Assembly: GCA_050084985.1 (NCBI GenBank)
Contig: JBITNC010000001.1
Location: forward strand, 89,776,001 to 89,840,000
Direction of reading: 5' to 3'
Source: Nageia nagi
Lineage: Eukaryota > Plantae > Pinophyta
DNA: 64,000 nt
The position numbers were made by a program, and so were the translations under genes. The notes below the pieces were generated by a model. It worked only from the letters and a program-made list of their open reading frames with translations. It searched no databases and was not told the origin of the DNA. Positions 26,601 to 40,525 of this stretch are shown one piece after another; position 1 is the stretch's first letter; each line of letters starts with the position of its first letter.

Positions 26601-27182
26601 ATTGAGGCATTAAAAATTGGTTTTATATAGATTGACATAGACATGCCAAACAATGATGCATCTTGATTCATGGCATAAAAATACAATTTAATGACATATG
26701 GTATGACACAAAATCACTAAAATGTAGTAGTGAATTATCCTACTATTTATTTCAAAAGGGAACGTGAAGATATTCTTATTATATACATTTACATTGATGG
26801 CTTGATTTACATGGGAACTAACAACAATGATTTCAAGCATGTTATGATGAGAGTTTGATATGATTGATTTGAGGTTAATGAAATAATTTGTTAGGATAGA
26901 AGTATTTTAAGGTAATGAAAAAATTTTTATTTGTCAATCAAAGTATGTACATGACATGTTAAAGAAGTTTGGCATAAAAAAATTATAAATCAGTTTGGAC
27001 TCCCATAGAAAACGGTGAGGTTTTATGTAGAGATGATGGTGATTTAAGGGTTGATGAGAAGTTTTTAAGAAATATTGTTGGGAGCCTAATGTTACTCACT
27101 ACTACTAGACTTGATATTGCTTTTGTTGTTTCACTTGTTTAAAGTTATATGAATCAACCATCACAAAATCACATGGGAGTCG
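23626..27182 (+). mobile_element. Ty1/Copia element B: gag-PR-preINT-(INT core deleted)-RT, interrupted by a CACTA element
   Basis: gag ENESVSDYYVRV; PR WYLDYG; LWNLRFGHFNFKSL..LQLVYSDI; RT EPSCFEDA..KHKARLV..HLDVKSAFLNG. RT resumes at 26733 (YPTIYFK...YIDGLI...IVGSLMLLTTTRLDIAFVVS). Confidence 0.88.
25579..26732. mobile_element. Non-autonomous CACTA (En/Spm) DNA transposon, 1154 bp
   Basis: TIRs CACTACTACATTTTAGCGATTTTG and CAAAATCACTAAAATGTAGTAGTG (23/24 match); 3-bp TSD AAT on both sides; removal rejoins the Copia RT frame (FKKRKN|YPTIY); subterminal GCATCAATT repeats; internal 46-bp tandem units at 26215, 26261 and 26307. Confidence 0.93.
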
Positions 27183-30100
27183 TGTTACCACCTAATTTTG
27201 AGCTCTCAAAATTGGAACAAAAGAAAATCTAAATCAAGGATTTTGGTTTGAATGAAAGTTTGGAATGCCAATGTTGAGCCTTATGTGCTAAATCTCAAGT
27301 TTAAAATTAAATCTTTTGTGTCGTGATGATTATATTAAAGTCAACTTTGATATTTCACATGCTCTCAAGTTTCATCATTATATTTTTGTGATCAAGCATT
27401 GTTGATAAGAAGCATGAATTTTTTTATCTTTAGGATGTTTTAAAGTTGATATTATTATTAAATATGGAATCTTATACTTATGATGCTTGAGAAACATTCA
27501 TGATCCATGCAGATGAATTCATCATATGAAGCTTTTTCTAATTCGAGATCCTATGATAAAGACACTAAATGTGGTTATTGATAGGAGTTGAATGATAAGC
27601 TTGGATATTATTCTTCAAGGTCATAGTTAAATGTGCTTTGCATCAAGTATACATCATCCCATTTTGAAATGAAAGTACATGTGCTTTAGTGATTGTATGT
27701 CCTCATTTTCATGGCATCTACTTAAAAATAGGTGAAATCAAATATCATCAAATTACAAAGTGAAAGTGATGGATTTCACTATCTCACATCAAATAATTCT
27801 GAATCATGAACTTGTTCCTTTTTACAACTCATCAAATGAAGCTATAGAACTCAAGATATTAAAATTTCAAGTTTTCATTAAATTAGGCAATTTCGTTAAA
27901 TTGCTAATTCATCGATGCTCAATCAAATTTCTTGGAAACTTGGGATCATCTAGTCATTAGAAAGGTATCATCCTTTGGAGAATCATAAGGATAGGTTCAA
28001 ACTTCAAATGCAATTTTCTTGATTGATCAATGAGCAAAAAGGGTCGTACAACCACTCATTTTGATTAGTACAAAGTTAAGAATTTGATAGAATTTGTTTC
28101 ATCAAAATTGGATGTTGAACTAAGGAATTGCAATACTATTTAAGATAGAAATTAAAAGGGAGTAATTTTGTCAATTTTTATTAAATCAAAAAAATGATCA
28201 AAATTGGAATTTTGAATTTTTAGAAATTAAAATTCAACATTTAATAAATATATGGATCTAACTTTATCTTTTTGTTAATTTTCAATTTTGCATAGGGGAG
28301 AAAAAATTTAGTTAATTAGATCCATCAGCTCAACAATAAAAATTAGTTTTTTGTTATTAGCATCTTGGATCCGACCAACTAAAAAAGAGGGCTAACTTTT
28401 CCAGTTAGTTGGATCCACAAGCTCTTCTACAACAAAATGTGATTTTTGTTATCAATCTCTTGGATCCAACTAGTAATGGTTGTAATATTATGTGATGTTT
28501 CATCTTCCCCAAATTGCTAATAAATATGTTGCAACCTTTGTTTTCATTCTTTTAGCATGTGTAGCCATGGAAGCTCTAGAAGAAGATATGATATTCACCA
28601 AAGGATAACTGAAAAATGTTTTTTAATTACAAATGAAGACATAGCCACCTATTGAAATCTTGGGAACTATTTAATAATGATGCATGTTGCAGATACAATT
28701 TAATAGATTGTAATCAGTGTAGGATCTTCATAAAAATGTTTAATTATAATTTTTATAATTAATTATAATTTTTATAATAATGTTTAATTTTTTGTTCCTC
28801 TTTCGACTTTCAAAAAGGGGTCATTTTCAGGTGTCTACACAATGAATCAAGCATATTCAAAGGAAAATGAGAGGAATAAGAATGATAAATACCATGTTGA
28901 AGTTGATAAAGAATTGTAAATAACTTTTCAAATTTATGATGAAGGGTATGTTATTATTGATAGGCTACATTAAGATAAAGTATTACTATAAGATCCATTC
29001 ATAAAACTTCCATCAAAGGTGATTATTCTCATGATTAAGTAAACAACTTGTATGATGTTAAGAAAATATTGCAGGTGAGTCATTCATCAAGTATTATCCA
29101 AACCGATGAGGTATGTAACTTATCTTTTCTTGATTCTTTCATTGAATATTATTATTTTTCATATCAATGCATGGGTGATTATTTTCCTTTTCCTCTTGAA
29201 TTGAAACATGAACAAAACTAAGAAAATGATGCCATGCATCTAAGTACAAAATATTTTGAAATGCTTGATAATGGAAATGGTACTCTAGTTCAAAATGTCA
29301 ATTTTCCAAATCCATTACTAAAACTAGATGTTGTTCATCAATAGTCTATCATTGAAAATACTTTTTTTTATAAAAGTACCCATTAATCCACCTTCCATCC
29401 TAAAATGATAAAATTGGGTATGATTATTTTTTTATTATTCCTTGAATTGACATTTTGAAACAACATGAATGTTCTAAATAAATTATCATCATGAATCAAA
29501 ATTAAATTTTGGAACTCATTTCAGTTGATATAAATTGTAAAATTGATTGGCTTGATGTTGCATTTGTGGATGAAAATGATTTAATCAATGTTAAAAGGGA
29601 ACAAAATGATAATTTATCAAATTCATTCCTTTCCACAAGAGATATTGCATTTTTGTTATCTTTCATATCTTTTAATGGTTTTGGTGATATTGAAGTAAAT
29701 CTTTCAATTGATGAAGACCCATTTGTGGATAGTTATATTTTTAATCATACAAAGTTTCAAAATGAAAGTTTTTAAATGATTTTCCTTCTTGAAATAAGTT
29801 TATTTTATTTGAAAAAAAATGAAAAATATGAGAATCTCAAAGACCAACCAAAATAACTTATGAAAGGATTTGGGATTTTGGAATAAATCATCTTGTAAAT
29901 AATTTCATGTTTTCTTTATTTAAAAAAAAATATACAAAATGTGAAACATAAAAAATATTGATGTGTCATGATTATGAATGATTCTAACCAAGACTCATAT
30001 TTAAAATAATGATTCATTAAAGGTATGATGAATTCTTTTCTCTTGAAATAGATTTGGGATGATGAAAAAAATTAATGGGATAAGTTTTACAAAATAAATT

Positions 30101-32185
30101 CATTATTTACAAGAGTAAGTTGTTCATGGTGTTTACTTAAAGGATCCTTAAAATATCAAGAAGTCTTATCTTTAGAATTGGACCATGAGACAAATCTACG
30201 ACTTGAGTAGGAAGTTGGTTATTGAGAAAGATTTACCAAATTAGTAATGGTTGTCACTTATTATCTTTTAAAGTCTATTCATGATGGTTTAGGAATGAGA
30301 AAGGATGATAAGAGATTGTTTCTCTTCAAATTCACTCAACTAACCTTGATAATCCTGAGAGAGTCTATCCAATCAAAAGACTTTTTGTAGGTCCTTAGAA
30401 TTCAAAGTAAATCCATCAGGGATATAAATGCTTGCTAGTAGTGGTAGAAATACTTTGAAATTAGTAGTATTTCTACCATGAATATGGACACTTGACTAAC
30501 AATAGTGGCAATACCTAGTGTGAATAAGTACCAAGGTTACATATGGTTAAGTTCGTATGCATGTACGAAGTACCAAAGGAAAAAGATTGATTTGGTAAGA
30601 AAGGTTGGTTTCCTATATTCAAAATTGATCATGATGACTATATTTCTCACTTTCATACATACTAATTCATGATGAAATGATTTATTTTTCTTAGTAACAA
30701 ATTGATGACTTTTGACATGATATGCTCTTAGGATGATTTGATTACCCTTATCAAGAATTCTTCGGGATCTTTGAAAGAAATATATCATGAATATTTTAAA
30801 TGAGGTTTTTAAAAGTACTTTATCTTTATGAAATCCCATCATCTTTTTAGTCTTGATAATTATGTACAAGGGAAGAGAATTCACCATGTCGAAGTAATGG
30901 ATCCTAACTAAAATCATTAATGGTTTAAGGTCTATATGTTCATGATTAAAACCCATCAATATAAAATTTTTAGACCATAAGTAATCAAAGATGCTAGGAT
31001 ATTTTGACTTGATTGAATCAAGTCATCCCCAAATAGAGCCATTGTTACCATCCATTTTTGAGCTCTCAAAATTTGAACAAAGGAATACCTAAATCAAGGG
31101 TTTTATTTTGATTGAAAGTTTGAAATGTCAATGTTTAGTCTTCTATGTTAAAAATTAAGTTTAAAATTAAATGATTTGTACCATGATGATTGTCTTAAAA
31201 GTCAACTATTATATTACACATGCTCTCAAGTTTGACCATTATGTTTTTATGATCAAGAATTATTGATAAGAAGCATAAATATTTTATATCTTGAAACTAT
31301 TTCAAATTCGATCTTATTGTTACATATGTTTTCATTTGGCATATTATACTTATCATGCTTGAGAAACATTCATGATCCATGTAGATGAACTCATCATATG
31401 AAGTTGTACTAATTCAAGACCCTATGAGAAAGACACTAAATGTAGTTGTTGATAGGATTTGAATGATAATCTCATATATTATTCTTTGATATCATAGTTA
31501 AATGTGCTTTGCATCAAGTATATATCATCCCATTTTGAAATGAAAGTACATGTGCCTAAGTAATCCTATATCCTTGTGTTGATGGCATTTACACAAAAAT
31601 GGATGAAATAAAATATGATCAAATTACAAAGAGAAAATGATGGATTTCACTATATCACATTGAAGAGTTCTGAATCACAAACCTGCTCCTTTTTATGGAT
31701 CATAAAATAGAGCCACAAAACTTAAGATGTTAAAATTTTAAGTTTTCATTAAATTGGGCAATTTCATTAAATTGCTAATTTATTAATGTTCAATCAAATT
31801 TCTTGGAAACTTGGGATTTTTGAAATTTTCCTTGTAGCCAATCATTCAAAAGGTATCCATCTATCAATCCCCATTAAGCAATTTAATTATATTTTTGCAA
31901 AATGCCCTTGAGGATAGGTCTAAACTTCAAATGCAATTTTCTAGATCAATCAGTGAGGAAAAGGAATAGTACAACTATTCATTTAAATCAGTACGAAGTC
32001 AAGAATGTGATATAATTTATTTCTTTGAAAATGGACACCAAACCAAGGAATTTCAATATTATTTTAGCTATAAATTAAAAGGGAGTAATTTTGTCAATTT
32101 TTATTAAATTGGAAAAATGATCAAAATTGAAAATTTTAAATTTTTAGAAATTAAAATTCAACATTTAATAAATATATGTGTTTCA
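27183..32185 (-). mobile_element. Non-autonomous LTR element (LARD-like): ~1.1-kb LTRs at 27183-28260 and 31043-32185
   Basis: Long diverged direct repeats both start TGTTACCA...TTTTGAGCTCTCAAAA. On the minus strand, LTR end TGGTAACA is followed by A-TGGCTCTATTTGGGG (PBS-like), and purine tract AAAAAGATAAAG abuts the other LTR. No pol motifs were recognised in the 2.8-kb interior, no TSD was found and orientation is inferred. Confidence 0.75.
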
Positions 32186-35100
32186 ATTACTAGTGATCCC
32201 TTTCAGGATCACTCAAATCTGAAAACATACTAGTTAAGTTTAGGCTATACTAATTCCTATAAGCACAAAACTAAAATAAAAGATATGATAAAAATACTAT
32301 GGAGACTTTCTCAAGCCATCCTTCCAAGTAAATACAAGCTCAAATCAAGATAACATGAAATTGCTCAAGATGGTATTAATAAACACCAAAATTCACTTGA
32401 TAATAATGAATGTTGTATGCTAGTACCTGTCTCTATCAAATGGATCCTAAAATTATCCTTAGAAATGCTTAGCTTTCAATCTTCTATCAAAACACATAGA
32501 CCCTCAACATTTTTGAAAACTCGTTATCATTTCTATTTCAAACATGTAGACTCTTTACATTTTCAATCCTATAAATAAAAAACAAGAAGTGATGATCAAA
32601 ATCTTGATGATATGGTAAGATTAAGCTATTATATACATAGAACATGAAAAATAAATGAGAAAGTATGATGGGTATTGCAGAGGTATGACAGGAGGCATGA
32701 GGCTTAAAATTATAGATTTCAAGCTTACCCCAAGACCAAGAATGCCCAAATCCTCCTACCAGATGTTAGATAAAGATTGTTGGATGATTTAAGCCTCTAA
32801 ATTTTCCACTCCAAGATTTAGGAATCAACAAATTAGAACCTCAAATTTTGCACAAGTCATCGAACTAAAAATTGTAGGTAAATTTTGCTTAAATAGATTT
32901 TTCCAAAATATTATTATTTGGATTCAAAATCCAAATGAATTTCTATCTAAAAATGGCTTTTGTATGATTAGATCTTGATTGGATTCGAATTGGATATGAT
33001 CCCAACTTATTTGAGATAAATTGGAGACATTCTAATTTATTTTTCTTATCTTCTTTGCTGAGCATATTTGGAGCAACATAGTGACTTGGAAAAATAATAA
33101 TTGGAGTTTAAGAGTCTCTTACTTTCTAATGGATGATCCTTGGATGACATGGTAAGGTATTTTGGCAATCCTATCCAGGTAATTTCTTTCTAATAAATAA
33201 ATTAGTAATATAAATGTGACAAACATTAATAAAATAAGATAAATATTTATGCTATTACATAAATTTAATTTTGTACTAAATAAAGTAAATGATCAAATAT
33301 AATTAACATGACTAATGTTAATTGATATTTCAAACATAAATGACTATGATCAAAATCGTAAATAATATGACTATATATTCACTTGCAATTTTCCAATAAA
33401 TAGCTAAGGTTCAAAATACAATAAAAAATAAATGATAAAAAAGATAAAGGATAAAGTGATAATAACATGTAATGATAATAGGTGACAATACATAAATTTT
33501 CTCAATAAAATGAACACAAAAAATGACCTAAAAAGATGCTTAAAATGATAAAAGACACCCAAAATATGGGGATAATATTCTATTATCATACATCCCAAAA
33601 CTCAATTTAAGTTGATAATAGTGAATTTGCAAAATAGTGACTTAGAAGTATTACAAAAACACAAACAAAATGGAACAAAAATAAAACTTTTGCAACTTTA
33701 ATACTTTTGAAAATAAAATAAAAATGGCGATCTTTAACAGTAAAAAATAAGCAACAAACATGTTGATTTGAGAAACAAGTTTGATGATTGGATAGAAAAA
33801 TGATAAGTCTAAATGTTGGAAAAGATAGTTAAAAAAAATGAAGGTTGTTTGTCCTATTTTTGAAGCTAAAATTGAAGGCTACTTGAACTTTGGTGAAAAC
33901 CTATTAGTACTCATTGAAAAGGCACTATTTCAAGTGGGCTTCTATTTGAATTTAAAATAGATATCAAATGAAAAAAATAGAATATGTAAATTGGTGGGAT
34001 GATTGAATTTATATCGAAGACCAACTAGAAAATGACAAAATAAAAAATAAACTTAGTTTGATAGGTTTAAAATCAACATATTCAAGCCAACTTTTTAAGC
34101 TATCAAATTTTAGGCCATTTGGTCCTAAAACAAAAAAAACTTGGAAATGGTTACAAAATGAGTCTAAATGACTTGGTAGGATATAATGAGACATGAAAAG
34201 ATAAAATATGACAAGTATACAAGATAAGACAATAAAATGACTTAAAGCGAAATGAGATGGTAAAGTGACCAATGTGGCCAAGTAGCCCACTTTGGGGAGA
34301 AAAAGAAGACATGGGACATCAAAATCATAATGAAATTTATGGGATGTGACCACATTTAGAAGTTTCTGATGGAAAAAACAAGCTATTTAGGAAATTGACA
34401 TGGTCAATCAAGTTTTTAAAAGCCAAATGAAAGGTAAAAATTCAAAATGGTACAAAGTGAGAAATTCAAATTTCAACAAAGTGAGATAAAATCACTTAAA
34501 GTTGGAAAACATCAGCATGAACATGATTAAATAATATCAAAAAAGGATAAAAACATCAAGTGAACATGATAAATATGAAAAATAGATTTGGGGATGACTT
34601 TCACTTTAATGTATAGAATTATCTCTTTTACTAAACATATTTTGAATTGATGCTAAGAAATATCATTCAATGGCCCTGGCACGATGGATGCAATGATAAA
34701 CAATGGAGGACATTGATACATGAAGATAAAAATGATATGATGTAAAATACAAAAGAGGTAAGGACCAAATTCCATTTTAATATGCAAGACATGCTTTGGC
34801 TTCATATTGAAATAGGTAAAAGATGATGTCCAATGGCCCTTACAATGATGGATGATACATATACAAGTGGTCATAAAGAAAGTGCAAGTATAGACATAAC
34901 TAAGTTTATATGGTGAATGTGGTGAAAGGATATGAATGACTTGTGATTCCCATGCACCCAAAAAAGGTAGGATATATTAAAAAATGAAAAAACACTAAGT
35001 ATTGACTCCAAATACAATTATCTAAAAGTGATGACACAAGACAAGTAACAGATGAAAAGGAATCTTGAGTTACTTGTTATAGCTCTTGAAATCCTTTCCA

Positions 35101-38100
35101 TAATGCTAAGATAAGATAAATGGAGGATTATGATTGGTAATAAAAGACATGATTAATTCAAGACTCTATTTTTGAATTTTGTATTTTTTGTGTTTATTTT
35201 TATTCTTTTGACGTATTAAAATTTTGTGTAATTTTTTGGAATATTTAAATTTTTTGGTTTATTTTACAAATTTTTTTAAATATTTTGATGTTGCTAGTGT
35301 TATCTAAGTGCAAAAGGGCCGAAGGTGAATAATATTAATTAGTTTAAGATATTCAACACCTTCTAAGTTTACCAATTTGTATGGTCCTTAATCATATTTT
35401 TTGATTACAGGATATGGAACCATCCCATTAGGTGCAAATTTTCCTCTTTCTCTATGTGATTGACTTGTGATTTGTTGATCTTGTTTTAGAATAAGACCAC
35501 CAACTTTGAATTCATGATAATGTATCATTTTGTTATAAGCTATTTTGATGTGTTCTTGGTAAATCCTTAAGTGTTGAAGGGCACTTATATGTTTTTCATC
35601 AAGTAAATCAAGTTGTACTAAATCATTTTCTCTATAAGTATTATCGTCAATGAATTTTTACAATGAAATACAAAGTGATGGAAGTTCAATTTCATGTGGT
35701 AAAACAATTTCAACACCGTAAACTAATGAAAAGGACATTGCTCATGTAGGTTTATGGATGCTTATTTTATATGCCCATAATGCATAAGAAAGTTTGGTAT
35801 GCCAACATCTTTATGAATCTCCAATAAATTTTTAAAGAGCTTTAACAATTATCTTGTTTGAGGCTTCTTCTTATCCATTTTCTTGAGGATAATAAGGTGT
35901 TGAAAAGCTTAATTGGATAGAATAATTATCACACAAAGCTTTAATATTTTTTATTTTATCCATGATCAACTTAGAAGGGATTACAAATCTACATATAAGG
36001 TTTGTCTCAATGAATTCCATAATTTTGAATGCTTTAATTTCAATTAGGGGTATGGCTTCTACCCATTTTGTAAAATATTTAGTTGTAGTAATAATGAATT
36101 TATATGCTTGTGAAGAATTGGGATAAAGTTGACCAACAAGATCTAGACCCCATTGTGAAAAGGGCCATATGGATGCAACAAGTTGTAAGTCTTGAGAAGG
36201 AAGGTGTTTAAGGTTTGCAAATTGTTGATATTTAATGCATCTTTTAACATAGTGAACACGATCTTTTTCAAGTGTAGGATAAAATTACCCCATCCTTAAC
36301 AAAAATTTTGCAATTTCCATGCCACTAAAATGACCACCACATGTACCATCATATGCTTGAGAAAGAGCAAGGGGAATTTCATTAGGTTCAATACATATCA
36401 AAAGAATGCCTTCATATCCACATTTATAGAGCATGTCCCCTAAAAATGTATATTTGGCACATTTTTGTTCGAAGTTCCATTTTTCTATTTTTTTCATGTC
36501 TCAAGGACTAATACTAAGCTTAAGAAAGTCTCTTACAAGTACATACCAAGGAATAACATTATCAACTTCAATTTGATTAATTAGCAGTCCAACAATGTAA
36601 GAGGGATCATGCAAAGTGGTAATATAAAAAATGATCTTGTCTTCATTTTCTTATTACGGAATAAGAGAACCCAATGAAGCCAAGGTATTTACAAATCTGT
36701 TGGTGGGTCTTGGAGAAGATTGAATGGTATACTTGGAAAATTGCAAAAGGAGTTTATAAACAACAAGTTTATATTTCTTTAAAATCTCATTATGGCATTG
36801 ATAAGTACCAAGAACATGATTAAAAATGATCTATGAATCACCAATAATTTTAATTTTCTGATATTTTAGCTTGATTGTAGTTTGTATACCAAGAACAAGA
36901 GCTTCATATTCTACCATATTATTTTTGCAAGGAAAATTTTAGTTTAAAATACAAGGGGATAGGTGCTCCTTGAGGTGTGATAAAAATAAGCTAAAACCAC
37001 CACCTTGTTCACATTTAGATCCATCAAAGTAAAGGGTAATATCAAGTTCATCTTTAGTATCAACAAATTCTTCATCTTCAACCAAGACAAAGATAGAATA
37101 AAAAGAAAAATCAAGTGACAAAGGTTGTCAATCATCTAAAGGAGCTTCAAAAATTTAATCACTAATAAATTTTTGTGTATTGTATTTTTTATTCATAAAT
37201 TGAAGGTCATATTTAGTTAGGAGCATGATCTATTTATATATTCTTAAATTAATATAAATATAACTCATACTATATCTTAATGAATCATTTCTTGCAACAA
37301 CATAAATTTTACGATTTAGCATATAATTTCTCAATTTATGTGTTACACATACAATTAAAAGGCATAGTTTCTCAATGCAATACAATTAATATAATATTGT
37401 ATGCCAACATGGTTCCAATTGCAATAATAGTATCATAAATGTATTAATGAAATGGATGTGAAGGATCTTGTGGAATCAAAATAGGAGGAGATGTAAGGTA
37501 TTTTTAAATTTTAAAAAAGGCTTCTTGATAATCCTCTATCCATTCAAATTTAGATCCTTTCTTCAAAAGGTGATTAAAAGATTTGCATTTGTTTGATAAT
37601 TATGCAATGAATCTATGAATTGCATTGACTTTTCTTGATAAACTTCTTATTTATTTAATATTTCAAGGGTGAGGAATTTTAGTTACACCTTTGATTTTGG
37701 TAGGATCAACCTCAATCCCTCTTATATTAAATAATGTAACCTAAGATTTTACAAATGTAACACCAAATACACACTTTTTGGATTAAGTTTAACATTATGC
37801 TCAATAAGTCTATCAAAGATATTCTAAAGGACTTCAAGGTGTATTTATTTAGTTTTAGACTTGGCCAAAAGATTATCTATATAGCATTCAATAATTTCAC
37901 CCATCTATTAATGAAAGATATATGTCATGTGACATTGGTAAGTGACACTTGCATTCTTTAAACCAAAGGGCATGACCTTATAGTATAAGGTTCCCCAAGG
38001 TGTTATGAAAGTAGTTTTATATTGATCATTTTTTACAATATAAATCTTATTGTAGCCACTAAAACCACCCATGAGTAAGAACATTTCATGAACTATAGTT

Positions 38101-38496
38101 GCATCCACAATATTATCAATGCTAGGTAGAGGAAAATCATATTTTGGACAAGCCTAGTTTATGTCTTAAAAATTAGTTCATATACAAATTCCTCCAATTT
38201 TCTTGCCAACAAGAACAATATTTCATACACATGTAGGATAGTCTATAGGTGTGATAAATCCAACATCAAAAAGTTTTTGAAGTTATTCTTTAACAAGGAG
38301 TGCAACTTTTGGGTGCATTTTTTTAATTTTTTCTTTATAGCTTTTGCATTTTTTTCAAGGACAAGGTTATGAATAACTATATCACAATCTAATCTAGGAA
38401 TGTCTGAATATGTCCAAGAAATTTTTTTAAAGTATTTCTTAATAAGTTTAATAAATTGCTCTTATTTCTCTTTAGTCAATATTTTTCCATGTAACA

Positions 38497-40525
38497 AGAT
38501 GCAAGGCATTGGTGTAGTGGTAAGAGCTCTTGGTCTCCTTTGGTAGGTCATGGGTTCCAATCCCATAAGCCAAGAGAGCAATCTATACCCATGTGGAGGG
38601 GTAATAATGGAAGTGGTAAAATCCAAGGTGCTCGTAGTGGCCAACTAGGGTTTCCTACATAGTAGGTTATAAGGACTCCCAATTACAAGCACATGGATAT
38701 AGATTCTTCAAAATGTTTATGCTAACATGTTATATAAAAGTATTGTATTTTGTAAAAAAAATTCATGCAACAAAAGCATAAGTGCAATATAACAGAAGGG
38801 TGAGTGTGGAGTAGCAAAAGTGCGAGCAAATCATTTCAAAAGCATGATAAGTTATTATTAAGCAAATTACAGCTTAGCAAAGCTATAATCTTGTCAAAAT
38901 ATAGCTAAATGATATTCAAAATGCACTAAATAAATCAAGATTGTGACCTGATCCAAAGCCCCCCAAGGAATGGAAAAATGTGTTGATGCAAGAAAAACCA
39001 TTCATAGAGGAGGAAATTGGGATGGTACTAAAGCCTAAATTCTCTAATGTTGAGGGTAGTATATTGATTCCAAAAAATATAACATAGAAGGAAGAGGAGG
39101 GGCTAAAATCAACCCTTATTGGTCACTTTGTGGGGTATGACACCCTCTAGATATGATTCAAAGTTAGCTGAAAGTAAGATGGAGTACAAAAGGATGGGTA
39201 TCCCTAGTTTCTCTCCCAAGAGAATTTCTGTTATTCAATTTTAAGTTTGATGAAGACCTGCAAAAAATGATAGAGATGGGTCCATGGTTCCTTAGGAAAA
39301 AAGGATTAGTCATCAAGCGATGGGAGAAAACTTTCTCCCCTAAAAGTGAAAATTTCAACCTCATTCCAGCATAGGTCTCACTACCTAAACTTCACCCATC
39401 TTGTTGGCACTCATGTGTGATAGCTAGAATTATAAAAGCAATTAGATCCCTTATCACAATTGAGTGATCAACAAGATTAAAACTTAAGTTTAGAGATGCA
39501 AGATTTGTGGTTAATATAGAGGATGGAAGAAAATGGATGCAACTAATTATATATGAAAATCTACCAGTGCAATATGGAATTTGTAAGAGTTATGAGCACT
39601 ATGCAAAGGATTGCCTAGAAAAGAAGAGGGATGAATAAAGGAGAGAAAAAGAAAAAAAATGAAAAGGAGTCTCAAGATAAACAATAAGAGCATGGGGGGA
39701 AATCAATCTAGAAATAAAAAATAGGAAAAAATCAAAAGAATACATCTAAAAAGTAGATAAAATAAATCATGTTAGAAAAATAATCAACTTTAAAAGAATT
39801 CTAATAGAAGAAATCAACCACAACAAACCCCTCTGTAGTGTTGTCGATTTTAAAAGGAATAGATAGAGAAAAAAATGAATTACAATAAAGATTTTTTAGA
39901 ATATGAGACAACAAATATGAAAGTTATGGAAGGGGAAGATGGAGAAAGAATAAGGAGGGTGACAAAAAAAGCAAGGAATGCAGATAGTTAAGCAACAACA
40001 ACACAATAAGAAGAAGGCCAAGATGGAATCCCATCAAGAAATATACTAAACTCTAGAAAAATAGTAAATGTTGGACAAAAACATGTGGGGAGACCATCCC
40101 AAGGAGAGAATAGAGAGAAACTCACTAAATAAGATATAGCAAATGGAAAGAAATCAACTCTACATAAAATCAAAAAATATCAACCCACCTTTGGTTAAAC
40201 AAAGGATTTCTTGATTAGAATATTCTAGCAAAAAAGAGGTAGTTAAATTGTATCTCAACCATGATTCAGTTGTATTTTGACTACAATTTGGTGATTTTCA
40301 ATTAATACAATTTCTATAGTAGGTTGCATTAGGGCTACCAACAGGTTATAGCTGGGTAGCATATGAACTTATTTTGTTAATAGTTTTTTCGCAAATTTTA
40401 TTAGGTATGACTAGGTATAACTGGGTGGTGATTTCCTATTTTGGAAACGATTTTGTGATCGATTTTTTTGGAGTTCAAAAAAAACCCCTCATCACTTTTG
40501 ATAATATAATTTACCCTTATTATCA
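38497..40525 (+). mobile_element. L1-derived non-LTR element: tRNA-like head, ORF1 (DUF4283 plus zinc knuckle) and 3' tail, with no ORF2
   Basis: ORF1 remnant LKSTLIGHF...KFDEDLQKMIEMGPWFLRKKGLVIKRW...YENLP..CKSYEHYAKDC; 3' end taatataatttacccttattatcaaaa; diverged TSD tcaatatttttccatgtaaca (38476-38496) and tcaaaatcttaccaagtaaca (40523-40543), 17/21 identical. Confidence 0.85.
38503..38572 (+). promoter_or_regulatory. tRNA-derived internal Pol III promoter (box A/box B), not a functional tRNA
   Basis: Box A TGGTGTAGTGG (38510-38520); box B GGTTCCAATCC (38553-38563); intact T-stem ATGGG/CCCAT; partial acceptor pairing GGC/GCC. The anticodon arm is poor. Confidence 0.75.

Noticed and set aside
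38503-38572. Functional tRNA gene
   Set aside because: Acceptor and anticodon arms are incomplete, there is no downstream oligo-T terminator and it sits at the 5' end of a retroposon.
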